Assembly (NCBI GenBank): GCA_963834935.1
Contig: CAWIDS010000003.1
Span: 121,373-185,372, forward strand
Length of the DNA stretch: 64,000 nucleotides
Reading direction: 5' to 3'
Origin: Candidatus Nomurabacteria bacterium
GTDB lineage: Bacteria; Patescibacteriota; Minisyncoccia; Phycocordibacterales; CALRBL01
This document shows, piece by piece, positions 42,405 to 51,922 of this stretch; position 1 is the stretch's first letter; every line of letters begins with the position of its first letter. The notes beneath the pieces are model-generated. The model worked only from the letters and a program-made list of their open reading frames with translations. It made no database searches and was not told the DNA's origin. The translations under genes and the position numbers were made by a program.

Positions 42405-44309
42405 TTAAGTTCGAAGTTTCCTTAAGAGCACGTTCAGGTTGATGGCTGCTGCGCCGATAACACTGTCTGCGGCGCCGTAATATATGTATGCGACTCCCTT
42501 GATTACCACCAGGCTGCAAGGAAAGACGACGTTCGGCATCGTGCCTTTGAGCTCATATTCTTCTTCAGGCTCGAAAACAGGAGCGGCGGTACGGGCCTTT
42601 ACCACTGTCGGATCATTCAGATCAAGCAGGAGGGCGCCGACGCGGTACTTCCGGCTCCTTGAAATGCCGTGATAGAGAAGAAGCCATCCTTGCTTGGTCT
42701 TCACGGGAGGTCCGGCGATGCCGACCTTCTCGCTATCCCACATTCCCTGCCGAGGACTTATTATCTCGATGCACCTGGTTATGCTTTCCTTCGAGAAGTC
42801 GAGCGATGAAACCATATCGGCGCAAACGTCATTGTTGACCCTATGTAATATCATGTATTTTCCTCCTATCTTTTCAGGAAGGATCGCGGCATCCTTGTTT
42901 GAAACGGTTGGAGGCGTAATGACGTTCGGTACCGACCAGGCTTTCCAGCGCATGGCGAGAAAATCCTTCACGCTAATCGAGCTCACGGCGACGCGCGGCA
43001 TCTTGCCGTCATATGCGGTGTATGTCATATAGAGCTTATCGCCAACCTGCACGATGCGCGGATCCTCGCAACCATAATTGGCATTGGTTGAATCGGATCT
43101 GCGCTCGAAATCGGCGCGCGGAAGATATATAGGTTTTTTCGGACGTTCGCTGATGGCGAAACCGTCATCACTTACCGCATAGCCCAAGGCCGAGACGTTA
43201 GTGGCTGAAGCTCCCCTATATATGATATGAACCTTGTCGCCAAGATAGATAGCTGCAGGATTCAGAGTCCCGCCAGCCTCCCAGGCTAATCCAGGGCGCG
43301 GAGATATGATGGGGTTGCCGGCATAGCGCTTGAAAGCCGAGCGCTTCGCATTAGTCATGCTGTCCAGAAGGTCATCCAGATACACCGAAGCTATCGCGCA
43401 ATGTGTATCAGCCGCGCCATAATATATTTCCAATTTATCCTTCCTAATCAGCGCGCCGGAAGGAAATACTATATTGCTTACATGACCAACCTTCTCGTAA
43501 TATTCATCAGGAACCATGAACGGCCCTTTGGTGATAGCGATGATTCGCTTTGGATCCTTTGAATCAAGCAGTACTGCTTCGACGCCGAAAACGCTATCCG
43601 GCTTGCCGTAATTCTGGACGCGAGAATAGATGACAAGCCAACCCTTATCCGTCTTTACCGGAGGCGCTCCCAATTCGACTTGGTCGGAACCAGATCGGTG
43701 CAAGGGTATCTTGAATCCATCCAATGCTTTCATCCATTCATTCCAGTATGTTGAGGACCACATATCTTCCGGCTTATCGAATTCTATGTAGCAAATATCA
43801 GAAGGTACCCGATCAGTGTTTATCGTGACCAGCGCAGCCATCTTGCCGTTTATCTTTTCTGGGAAAAGCGCCATGGCTTTGGCATTGAAAGGCGTGACCA
43901 GATGCTTCTCGTCGATGGTTTTCAGATCCTTGCTCAGAGCGACGGCAACTTTGATATTGTCAGCGGAAAAAGGAAAGCCACCGAGTGCGGTATAGAATAT
44001 GTAATACGTCTTGCCGATTTTGGTTATGCGCGGATCCTCGCAGCCGTACTTGTCATATTCGGTGCTCGGCCCGAACAGGATTCTCCTGTTTTCAAAGTGA
44101 ACGCCATCCTTCGCCTCCGCCACGGCAATGACTGAAGTGCTTATATGAGGCTCTCTTAGTATTTCTTGCTCCGATTGTGCCCGATAGAGCAAATAAGTCT
44201 TATTCTTTTCTGCTATCGGACATCCGTTGAAAGTCGCCAAAGCTTCCCATGGACGAGATTTGTCGGGCGAGAGAATCGGATTATGGCTTGATCTGGTGAG
44301 AGTGAACAT
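42405..44309 (-). CDS. Tandem two-domain GH130 glycoside phosphorylase/hydrolase
   Basis: Two copies of NPIxSP...FN/LN...GCEDPRI...VFP...YYGAAD. Confidence 0.88.
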   Translation of the reverse strand: MFTLTRSSHNPILSPDKSRPWEALATFNGCPIAEKNKTYLLYRAQSEQEILREPHISTSVIAVAEAKDGVHFENRRILFGPSTEYDKYGCEDPRITKIGKTYYIFYTALGGFPFSADNIKVAVALSKDLKTIDEKHLVTPFNAKAMALFPEKINGKMAALVTINTDRVPSDICYIEFDKPEDMWSSTYWNEWMKALDGFKIPLHRSGSDQVELGAPPVKTDKGWLVIYSRVQNYGKPDSVFGVEAVLLDSKDPKRIIAITKGPFMVPDEYYEKVGHVSNIVFPSGALIRKDKLEIYYGAADTHCAIASVYLDDLLDSMTNAKRSAFKRYAGNPIISPRPGLAWEAGGTLNPAAIYLGDKVHIIYRGASATNVSALGYAVSDDGFAISERPKKPIYLPRADFERRSDSTNANYGCEDPRIVQVGDKLYMTYTAYDGKMPRVAVSSISVKDFLAMRWKAWSVPNVITPPTVSNKDAAILPEKIGGKYMILHRVNNDVCADMVSSLDFSKESITRCIEIISPRQGMWDSEKVGIAGPPVKTKQGWLLLYHGISRSRKYRVGALLLDLNDPTVVKARTAAPVFEPEEEYELKGTMPNVVFPCSLVVIKGVAYIYYGAADSVIGAAAINLNVLLRKLRT

Positions 44310-44313
44310 GTTT

Positions 44314-45426
44314 TTATGCTTTTCCGTGAGCGACAAGCCAATCGAGAAGTGGACGGAGCGGGGTTTTGGCCGTGCAGACATATTTATCTCCACCTCCATA
44401 GTATACAACCAAATCTTCCCCGTCGATCACCGCGCCGGACGCATATACCACTCCCGACTTCATGTCATTCTCATAAGGCATATCGGGCTCGAGCAGCGGG
44501 CCGCGGGAACGATAAAGTATCCTAGTCGGATCGGAGATATCCAGTATCATGCAGCCAAGCTTGTATTTATCTGGATCATTCTTGTCCATGGCGTGATACA
44601 GGAGCAGCCATCCGATGTCGGTCCTCAAGGGCGGCGCACCTGCTCCGCGCATCCAATTGTCCCAATGGCTCGGCCTGCCTCCTGATGGCGGCGAACTCTT
44701 TATGTGCTTGCCCGGCTGTTCATATATCTCATCCAGATAATCTATCTTGATGTCGGGAGATATGCTGTGCAGGACTGCGAACTTGCCATTTATCTTTTCG
44801 GGGAAAAGCACCCAGTTCTTATTCACTTCTCCCATAGGAGAAATGAATCGCTGCCGTTTCCAATTCCAGCGCTTCTTCTTTAAGTCTTCAGTCTTTATCG
44901 ACGTAAGCACGATGCGTACGCAGTCCCACCCCTCGAATGCCGTATAGGTCATGTAGGCTCGATCACCGATGATCACCAGCCGCGGATCCTCGCACCCTCC
45001 CCAGCCGCCACCTGACACGTAGATGCTCGAATCATAATTTTGCGGATATTCTTGACTTCTTTCTTTAGGATCGCGCGATGCAACTGAAACATACACTGGG
45101 TAGTCTGTTCTATCGTCGAATTTCACGCCGTCACGGCTTCTTGCATATCCGATGCGCGACAATCCGTCTTGGCCGATAGCGCGATAGAACATATGGAATA
45201 TGCCATCTTCATCCCTCGCTACGGCTGGATTGAATGTAGCTACCGTCTCCCATTCCCTGTGAGCCTGCGGCTTTATTATGGGATTATGCTTATGACGCTC
45301 CAGTGACAATCTGTCTGGCTTATGCTTCTTTGAAGATTTTCTCTTCGGAAAGAAAAGGAGGATGATCGAATATATCAGGTAAGCGGCAGATACGAGAATT
45401 ACAATCAGAAAAATGAACCAAATCAT
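44314..45426 (-). CDS. Membrane-anchored GH130 family protein
   Basis: N-terminal TM helix; TFNPAV, GCEDPRL, NKNWVLF, YYGGGD. Confidence 0.88.
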   Translation of the reverse strand: MIWFIFLIVILVSAAYLIYSIILLFFPKRKSSKKHKPDRLSLERHKHNPIIKPQAHREWETVATFNPAVARDEDGIFHMFYRAIGQDGLSRIGYARSRDGVKFDDRTDYPVYVSVASRDPKERSQEYPQNYDSSIYVSGGGWGGCEDPRLVIIGDRAYMTYTAFEGWDCVRIVLTSIKTEDLKKKRWNWKRQRFISPMGEVNKNWVLFPEKINGKFAVLHSISPDIKIDYLDEIYEQPGKHIKSSPPSGGRPSHWDNWMRGAGAPPLRTDIGWLLLYHAMDKNDPDKYKLGCMILDISDPTRILYRSRGPLLEPDMPYENDMKSGVVYASGAVIDGEDLVVYYGGGDKYVCTAKTPLRPLLDWLVAHGKA

Positions 45427-45531
45427 TTTTAATTCAGCACTGCCATCAATTAAAAAAAGTGATTGCATCAGCACGCATATTGTATCAAATTATTTCCTCT
45501 CTATTCAATAGAGGGGGTGTTGATAAGTACC

Positions 45532-45915
45532 CTACAGCATCTTCAGCGACAACCTGCTTAATACCTTCACTGCATTGTCCTGGGCAGTCTTGCTGTCCTT
45601 GCTTGCGACGAAATTGTCCCAATCGGTATTGAGAACATCGTCATGAAGCTGGCGGATGTCATCCTCAAGCTTGACGCGGTCGTCATAGGAGATGGTGGCA
45701 TTCTGGTTGACCAGGACGGTATCGATGAAGAATTTGAGCGTCTGCGCCGTCTGTAGGCGAAGCTGATCCTTCTGATCCATGGCAGTGGTCTGATCCTGGA
45801 GGAGCTTCTCATTGGTGGTATATTGGATGCTAAAGAAGATGTTTCCTGCAAGAAGGACGAGCATCAAAAAGTTAGAGAACAAGCGTACCCTGTCTAATCC
45901 TGAGCTAAAAGTCAT
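45532..45915 (-). CDS. Hypothetical single-TM protein
   Basis: 127-aa ORF. Confidence 0.7.
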   Translation of the reverse strand: MTFSSGLDRVRLFSNFLMLVLLAGNIFFSIQYTTNEKLLQDQTTAMDQKDQLRLQTAQTLKFFIDTVLVNQNATISYDDRVKLEDDIRQLHDDVLNTDWDNFVASKDSKTAQDNAVKVLSRLSLKML

Positions 45916-46245
45916 AATATTTTTGTTAAGTTAATAATAAGCGGTTATGCTGTTAATGCTATTGTACAACAGACTGCGACTGATTGTTACCATGAGTGTC
46001 TTTATTTTTTTGAAGATAGTAATAAGTATTTCCTAAAGCAATCAAGGCTACAACCGCTATTAGAAACGGAGCAATGAACCCCTTAAGTATATTATTAAAG
46101 TAAGCTTAAAATACTGCGGGGAGTAAGGCGTACCCAAGAAATTGCTCGCCGATTCCTTATACGAGAATTCGATGGCATGAAATCTAAGAAATTCTAGTGA
46201 CCGCATGCGCTATCTAAGTTCCGAAATTATTATACAAAAAAGAAA

Positions 46246-46276
46246 GAGCCCGCGCGAAAAAGTCTCGCGCGGGCTC
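46246..46276 (-). terminator. GC-rich hairpin downstream of the DGR-type target (terminator and/or DGR homing hairpin)
   Basis: 12-bp stem gagcccgcgcga/tcgcgcgggctc, 7-nt loop, U-rich on the minus strand. Confidence 0.75.
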
Positions 46277-46327
46277 AAAGGGTCTAAGACCCGAAGTAAC
46301 TAACTTAAGTATCCAAGTTTCCAAGGA

Positions 46328-47014
46328 CTACTCGTCGCAGAAGCACAGCAGGACGAAGTCGTCGCTCCAGGGGTTCTCGAAGTAGCCGAGGTGGAAGTGG
46401 AAGTCGCCACCCGAGTGGGCACTCACGTACGGCACCCTGCGGCAGCCGCCGGCATCTTCCCAAAGGCGATCCTTCTCATCGAAGGAAACGTACCACTTAC
46501 CCTTCGGCAGTTGAGCGCGTTTCTGTTCGTAGACGAGGGAAGCCCCTTGAGCTCCGACGAGCACGGCCTTCTGCGTGGCAAGAAACGCCATGCGCTCTTC
46601 CGATGTGGTCTCGCCGGGGGTGACTTGCTTGTACGCGCGAACGCGGAGCTTGTCGCCTGGCTTGAGCACACGGGAGGGATTGCCGAAGTTCCCGTCGGTG
46701 ATGTTGTCGTTGTAGTAATAAAACTCCTTGCGGTGTTTCTTACCAAACGTCGTGAGCCGACTGCCGTGAACGTAGTCATCGGGCACCGTGATGGTGCCGA
46801 GATCAACGAGCAGGGCGAACTTGTCGTTCCGAAACTTTTCGATGAATTGCGCGATGTGATCGTTGAGACCGGGGGCCTCATTGATGCGTTGCGCTTCTTC
46901 TTCGGTGAGGCCGGACTTGTTGAAGGCGGCCTCGACTTTTTCCATGAAACGGAGACCTTTTGGATCCCGTGCAGTAACGTGTGATGTGGTCAATGCTTTT
47001 GGCATCGTCGTCAT
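46328..47014 (-). CDS. Probable DGR target protein with a C-terminal variable region
   Basis: C-terminus RVPYVSAHSGGDFHFHLGYFENPWSDDFVLLCFCDE; strong NNC codon pattern; good SD (AAGGAG). Confidence 0.7.
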   Translation of the reverse strand: MTTMPKALTTSHVTARDPKGLRFMEKVEAAFNKSGLTEEEAQRINEAPGLNDHIAQFIEKFRNDKFALLVDLGTITVPDDYVHGSRLTTFGKKHRKEFYYYNDNITDGNFGNPSRVLKPGDKLRVRAYKQVTPGETTSEERMAFLATQKAVLVGAQGASLVYEQKRAQLPKGKWYVSFDEKDRLWEDAGGCRRVPYVSAHSGGDFHFHLGYFENPWSDDFVLLCFCDE

Positions 47015-47063
47015 CTCCTTTATTGTACCGGATACGCTCCAGCGGTTGCGTCTTGTCCCAGAA

Positions 47064-47112
47064 TTGAGACGAGCTTTTTAAGCCCGATACAGGCACAAAA
47101 AGCTCGTCTCAA
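47064..47112. repeat. 16-bp perfect inverted repeat in the 5' UTR of 46328-47014
   Basis: ttgagacgagcttttt / aaaaagctcgtctcaa. Confidence 0.85.
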
Positions 47113-47146
47113 CATGCTTCTTCTCAAAGAACTATCTTGCTTGTAG

Positions 47147-47175
47147 ATTATACACCCATATATAGCTTATGTCAA
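47147..47175 (-). promoter_or_regulatory. Perfect consensus sigma70 promoter for the DGR-type target
   Basis: TTGACA-taagctatatatgggtg(17)-TATAAT on the minus strand. Confidence 0.85.
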
Positions 47176-47267
47176 GTACTTTAAATACCGAGGGTCTCAG
47201 GGATTTGAACTAAAAAGACGTTGGAAAATATAGGTTTCCGCATAGGTCCGATACAAAAGACTGACTG

Positions 47268-47354
47268 CGGAGGATAAGAGATTCGAACTCTTGAAAGGAT
47301 TTCTCCCTTACCACCTTTCCAAGGTGGCGCACTCGACCACTATGCGAATCCTCC
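47268..47354 (-). tRNA. tRNA-Ser (GGA)
   Basis: CCACC-TT-GGA-AA-GGTGG with a long variable arm. Confidence 0.95.
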
Positions 47355-47363
47355 AGTTTATAG

Positions 47364-47642
47364 TTATGCGTTCCTTATGAAAGCCTCTATCTCACCCTCA
47401 GGCAGATCGAAGTCAGGAGATGACTCTTCAATGAAACTGCTTCCGATAATGACATGATAGAGCTGACTCTTATTAAGAAGATCGTTAGGATATTTCTCTT
47501 TCAGTAGGTCGAGAAATTCATTCATCTTTTCGTTCATCTCGATTATATCTCCTTCTTCCGCCTTCTGCCTATAAAGTGCCTTCAATTCTACTACTTTCTC
47601 ACTTTGATTTTTCTCTGATGCTTCTGCTGGATTTGATGACAT
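47364..47642 (-). CDS. Hypothetical protein
   Basis: 92-aa acidic ORF. Confidence 0.6.
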   Translation of the reverse strand: MSSNPAEASEKNQSEKVVELKALYRQKAEEGDIIEMNEKMNEFLDLLKEKYPNDLLNKSQLYHVIIGSSFIEESSPDFDLPEGEIEAFIRNA

Positions 47643-47661
47643 ATCAATATATTATTTATTA

Positions 47662-48567
47662 TTACTTTACCTCCATTCCCCGCAAAATCCTAATCCTATC
47701 CTCCGTCGGCGGATGGGTCATGAAAAGGCCAGTGAGACCCTTGGTGGCGCGGTCGCCAAAGGGGTTGGAGATGAAGAGATGAGCGGTGGCATGCGAGGCA
47801 CGTTTGAGGGGAATGCTGCTGTTCTCTATCTTTTCCAGAGCATCAGCAAGGCCCTCGGGATAGCGGGTAAGTAGGGCACCATCGGTGTCTGCAAGATATT
47901 CGCGGCGACGGGAAATGGCAAGCTGAATGAGAGTTGCCGCGATCGGCGACAGAATGATGAAGATGATGCCGATGATTGCCAGTGGATTGCCACCTTCCCT
48001 CTCGGAACTTCGTCCGCCGCCAAACCACAGGCTCCGGGTGAAGATATTGGCGATAAGCGAGATGAAGCCGACAAGCACCACAACTACGCTCGAAAGCAGG
48101 ATATCTTTGTTGCCGATATGCGACAGCTCATGAGCAAGCACTCCTTCAAGCTCGGTGCGGTTGAGAATGGCCAGCAAGCCTGAAGTGACGGCCACCGCCG
48201 CATGATCCTTGTTTCGACCCGTAGCAAAGGCATTCGGAGAAGAATCAGGAATGATGTAGATGCGCGGGCACGGAAGGCCGGCAGTGATGGCAAGATTCTC
48301 GACGATGCGCTTGAGCTCGAGATGCTGCGGAATATTCACAGGGTCAATCTCGACAGCTCCCGAAGTGGACAAAGCTATCTTGTCGGAATACCAGTAGCTC
48401 GCGATATTCATCAAGATGCTAAAAATGATGGCGATGTAGAGGATCATCTGGTCGTCGTACACTACGCTTATCGCATAGCCGACGCCTAAAACCACGACGA
48501 AGAAGACAGCCATCAGCAGCCAGGTCCTCGCGGTGTTTTTTGATTGCTGTGTGTAGAGCGTTGCCAT
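47662..48567 (-). CDS. htpX: HtpX zinc metalloprotease (M48)
   Basis: PNAFATG, AHELSH, SRRREYLAD, THPP. Confidence 0.93.
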   Translation of the reverse strand: MATLYTQQSKNTARTWLLMAVFFVVVLGVGYAISVVYDDQMILYIAIIFSILMNIASYWYSDKIALSTSGAVEIDPVNIPQHLELKRIVENLAITAGLPCPRIYIIPDSSPNAFATGRNKDHAAVAVTSGLLAILNRTELEGVLAHELSHIGNKDILLSSVVVVLVGFISLIANIFTRSLWFGGGRSSEREGGNPLAIIGIIFIILSPIAATLIQLAISRRREYLADTDGALLTRYPEGLADALEKIENSSIPLKRASHATAHLFISNPFGDRATKGLTGLFMTHPPTEDRIRILRGMEVK

Positions 48568-48573
48568 TGAAGA

Positions 48574-49125
48574 CTAGAACTTCACTTCGACAGGATTCTT
48601 TGCGGCAGCATCGGCTTCAGTCAGCTCGAAAAGCTCCATCTTCTGGAAGTGGAATGCCGAAGCGATAAGGTTTGAGGGAAACGATTCGATCTTGATGTTC
48701 AGATCGCGGACATTGCCGTTGTAGAAACGGCGGGCAGCCTGAATCTTGTTCTCGGTATCTGAAAGCTCATTCTGGAGGGAAAGAAAATTCTGATTAGCCT
48801 TGAGGTCAGGGTAGGCTTCAGCGACGGCGAAAAGGGATTTCAAGGTTCCGGAAAGGGTGTCTTCGGCCTTGGCCTTATCGGCAAAGCCCTGCGCTCCGAT
48901 GGCCGAAGTGCGAGCTGCTGTGACTTGCTCGAACACTCCAGACTCGTGCGCGGCATAGCCTTTGACGGTATTGACGAGGTTCGGAATGAGGTCGTAGCGG
49001 CGCTTCAATTGGACGTCAATGTCCGCCCATGCCTCCTTTGCCCGGTTTATAAGACTTACGAAGCCGTTGTAGCTCAAGGCAAACCAGAGAATAATAATGA
49101 CGAGGGCTGCTAATGCGATAATCAT
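48574..49125 (-). CDS. lemA: LemA family protein
   Basis: IDVQLKRRYDLIPNLV, EAYPDLKANQNF. Confidence 0.95.
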   Translation of the reverse strand: MIIALAALVIIILWFALSYNGFVSLINRAKEAWADIDVQLKRRYDLIPNLVNTVKGYAAHESGVFEQVTAARTSAIGAQGFADKAKAEDTLSGTLKSLFAVAEAYPDLKANQNFLSLQNELSDTENKIQAARRFYNGNVRDLNIKIESFPSNLIASAFHFQKMELFELTEADAAAKNPVEVKF

Positions 49126-49238
49126 AGATTTAATGGGTTAAAATTGGTAACTGAAGCATTATAACACATTTGCTGTTTGGTCGTCATGAAAAGAAGTTTG
49201 AATTGTCCATATAAGGTAAATCAAAGATTGAGCATAAA

Positions 49239-51221
49239 CTACCTTACCATCCAGCTCTTATTCGAATTCATTGCCGCCGTCATCTTGTCCATTATTTTGT
49301 TGATCTCGTCGTCGGTAAGAGTGCGCTCATAAGACTGAAAGACAAGGCGATAGCCATATGAGGTCTTGACCTCGCCTGTCTCTTTGAATGTTTTGGTGAA
49401 GGTATCAAAAAGGTCGGCGCGGACGAGAAGATCTGTTCCCTCCTTGCGAATGATCGCCTCGGCTTCACTTTTTTTTTCTTCGGACATTTCGCCAGGTATG
49501 AATACGGCGATGTCCCGCAAGACGAACGGATATGATGAAATAGATTTGTATCTTGTTTCGCTTTCCGAAGCTTTTGCAAACAAAACATCTTCGGCAGGAT
49601 CAGGAAGCGCGGCAATCAATGCATCAAGATCAAGTTCCATCAAGCCTTCAGTATTATTTATGACTCCGATCTGCTTGTTTTTGACAAGCAGAATGCCTCC
49701 CGTATCGTCGATTGTGCAGATCGTAATGACATTTGCCTGCAATTCCTTCAGAAGATGCTCCCGCACCGCCTTGATCAGCTCATTCTCCTTTTCGCCTTTG
49801 AATGATTTCGCATTGGCAATGGCGACGCAAAGCGATGCATGCTCACCTTCTTTCTTGAAGACCTTTCCTATCTCGAAGACCTTTATCTGGTCAAGCCCGA
49901 GAAGCGGCGCATTGTGGAGATTGAGTTCCAAGGCTTTTGATACGCCTTCCGAAAGGCTGGTGCGTAGGAAGTTCTTGTCGCTAGCGATGGATTTCTCGAT
50001 CTCGAAATCTCCTTTTGCCTGGAGAGCATAAGTCGACACTTCCGAAAAACCTGCAGCGGCGAGGATATCTTTTATCTTCTCAGAATAGAAGAAAAATTTA
50101 TTGGGAGTAACTGCGGTACTGACAGGCGGCAATGACGCTAATGGAATCTTTTCATATCCGTACAATCTGCCGACTTCTTCTGCGATATCCTCGGCAATGA
50201 CAAGGTCGAGCCGCTCTTCAGGAACGGAAAGCATCACTTCATCTCCAGAAATTTCCGTGCCGATATCCAGCCTCTTGAGAATCAAGGATATTTCCTCAGT
50301 TGAAATGATTATCCCCAAAAGAGAATTGATCGTATGAGGATTGATCTTAATCTTTCGGGCAGTTTCCTTAACGGGATAGTAATCGGAAGTTTCTCCGATT
50401 TCGGCAGCAGGATCAAGCTCCCTGATCAAGACGGTCGCTTCATTCATTCCTTTTTCCGCAAAGGAAGCAGTAATGCCGTTCTCGAAACGCTTCGAAGAGT
50501 CATTCTTAATGCCGACTTTCGCCGAAGATCTCCGCACTGATGCCTTGTCAAAATTCGCCGCTTCGAGGATCAGGTTTTTTGTCTCGCTCGTTACTTCAGC
50601 TTTTTTGCCCCCTTTAATTCCGGCAATGGCAAGCGGTCCTTTTTCATCGGCAATTATCAGAATATCGGCAGAGAGCGCGACTTCCTTTCCGTCGAGGGTG
50701 ATTATTTTCTCGCCCTCTTTCGCCTTCCTCACGACAATCGCCCCTTCGACCTTATCCGCATCGAATGCATGCAAAGGCTGTCCCATGTCGAGCATGACGT
50801 AATTGAGCACATCAACAATCGAATTAATCGAGCGCTGGCCGAGCGCCTCCAGCTTTTCTTTGATCCAGGCAGGCGACTCTCCTATCTTTGCCTTATTTAT
50901 CCTCCTTCCGATGTATCTGATGCATTCCTTTTCCTCGACTTTGATATCGAGAGGGAGTAAAGATCGCGTCGGAACTTCAGGCTCTATCGATTCTTTTTGA
51001 GGAATATCCAAAAGAGCAGAAAGCTCATAGGCCAAGCCCCTATGGGAAAGCGCATAGCAGGCGCGGTCAGGCAGCACTTTGACGTCAAAGACTATGTCGC
51101 TTCCCTTTTGATTCATTTCCTCAATCTCGAACACGCCGAAAGTGAGGGTTTCGTTGATCTTTTCAGGTGGAGGTAGCCCCTTCTCGAAATATTTCTTGAG
51201 CCAGTCGTAGGAAATTAGCAT
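49239..51221 (-). CDS. pheT: Phenylalanyl-tRNA synthetase beta subunit (no B2 OB domain)
   Basis: MLISYDWL, GQPLHAFD, RFENG, RLDL...DIAEEVGR, C-terminal FDX-ACB (RTLTDDEI). Confidence 0.93.
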   Translation of the reverse strand: MLISYDWLKKYFEKGLPPPEKINETLTFGVFEIEEMNQKGSDIVFDVKVLPDRACYALSHRGLAYELSALLDIPQKESIEPEVPTRSLLPLDIKVEEKECIRYIGRRINKAKIGESPAWIKEKLEALGQRSINSIVDVLNYVMLDMGQPLHAFDADKVEGAIVVRKAKEGEKIITLDGKEVALSADILIIADEKGPLAIAGIKGGKKAEVTSETKNLILEAANFDKASVRRSSAKVGIKNDSSKRFENGITASFAEKGMNEATVLIRELDPAAEIGETSDYYPVKETARKIKINPHTINSLLGIIISTEEISLILKRLDIGTEISGDEVMLSVPEERLDLVIAEDIAEEVGRLYGYEKIPLASLPPVSTAVTPNKFFFYSEKIKDILAAAGFSEVSTYALQAKGDFEIEKSIASDKNFLRTSLSEGVSKALELNLHNAPLLGLDQIKVFEIGKVFKKEGEHASLCVAIANAKSFKGEKENELIKAVREHLLKELQANVITICTIDDTGGILLVKNKQIGVINNTEGLMELDLDALIAALPDPAEDVLFAKASESETRYKSISSYPFVLRDIAVFIPGEMSEEKKSEAEAIIRKEGTDLLVRADLFDTFTKTFKETGEVKTSYGYRLVFQSYERTLTDDEINKIMDKMTAAMNSNKSWMVR

Positions 51222-51222
51222 A

Positions 51223-51921
51223 TTAGAATTGGTTAATGAGGCGAAGGTCTCCAGAATACAGCGAACGCACGTCATCGATGCCGTATTTAAGCATTAGCAG
51301 GCGGTCGAGGCCGAAGGCGAAAGCAAAGCCTTTCCATTCTTTCGAATCGATGCCGACGTATTTGAATACGTTAGGATGAACCATTCCCGCTCCTGCCACC
51401 TCAAGCCATTTATCCTTCCATTTCATATCGACTTCAAGGGCCGGCTCGACGAAAGGAAAATAGCTGGGCCTGAAGCGGATGACGACATCGTCGCCGAAAT
51501 ATCTCTTGAAGAAATTTTCCAAAGTGAATTTCAAATGAGCCAAGGATACCTCCTTGTCGACAAACAAGGCTTCTAGCTGATGAAATTGCGCTTCATGCGT
51601 GGCGTCCGTCGCTTCATTCCTGAAAACCTTGCCGGCTGGCACGACTATCCTGAATGGAGGCTTGTGGTTTTCCATGTAACGGATCTGGACTGCAGAAGTT
51701 TGCGTCCTGAGAAGCTTTTTCGTTCCGTCAAAATCCCCTTTTATCCAAAATGTATCCTGCATGTCGCGCGCCGGATGATTGTCGGGAATATTCAGCGCGT
51801 CGAAATTGTAATATTCCGTCTCGAGCTCGGGGCCTTCGGCAACCGAAAAGCCCATCTCATTAAAAATGCGATAGATGTCCCTCATGAGAAGCGTTATGGG
51901 ATGAAGATGTCCTTTTTGCAT
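51223..51921 (-). CDS. pheS: Phenylalanyl-tRNA synthetase alpha subunit (short)
   Basis: GHLHP, HPARDMQDTF, RPSYFPFVEP, FGLDRL. Confidence 0.95.
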   Translation of the reverse strand: MQKGHLHPITLLMRDIYRIFNEMGFSVAEGPELETEYYNFDALNIPDNHPARDMQDTFWIKGDFDGTKKLLRTQTSAVQIRYMENHKPPFRIVVPAGKVFRNEATDATHEAQFHQLEALFVDKEVSLAHLKFTLENFFKRYFGDDVVIRFRPSYFPFVEPALEVDMKWKDKWLEVAGAGMVHPNVFKYVGIDSKEWKGFAFAFGLDRLLMLKYGIDDVRSLYSGDLRLINQF

Positions 51922-51922
51922 A

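Noticed and set aside
47190-47211. tRNA 3'-like fragment (GTTCAAATCCCTGAGACCCTC on the minus strand) as an att site
   Set aside because: Too short and does not match the adjacent tRNA-Ser or any other tRNA in the window.
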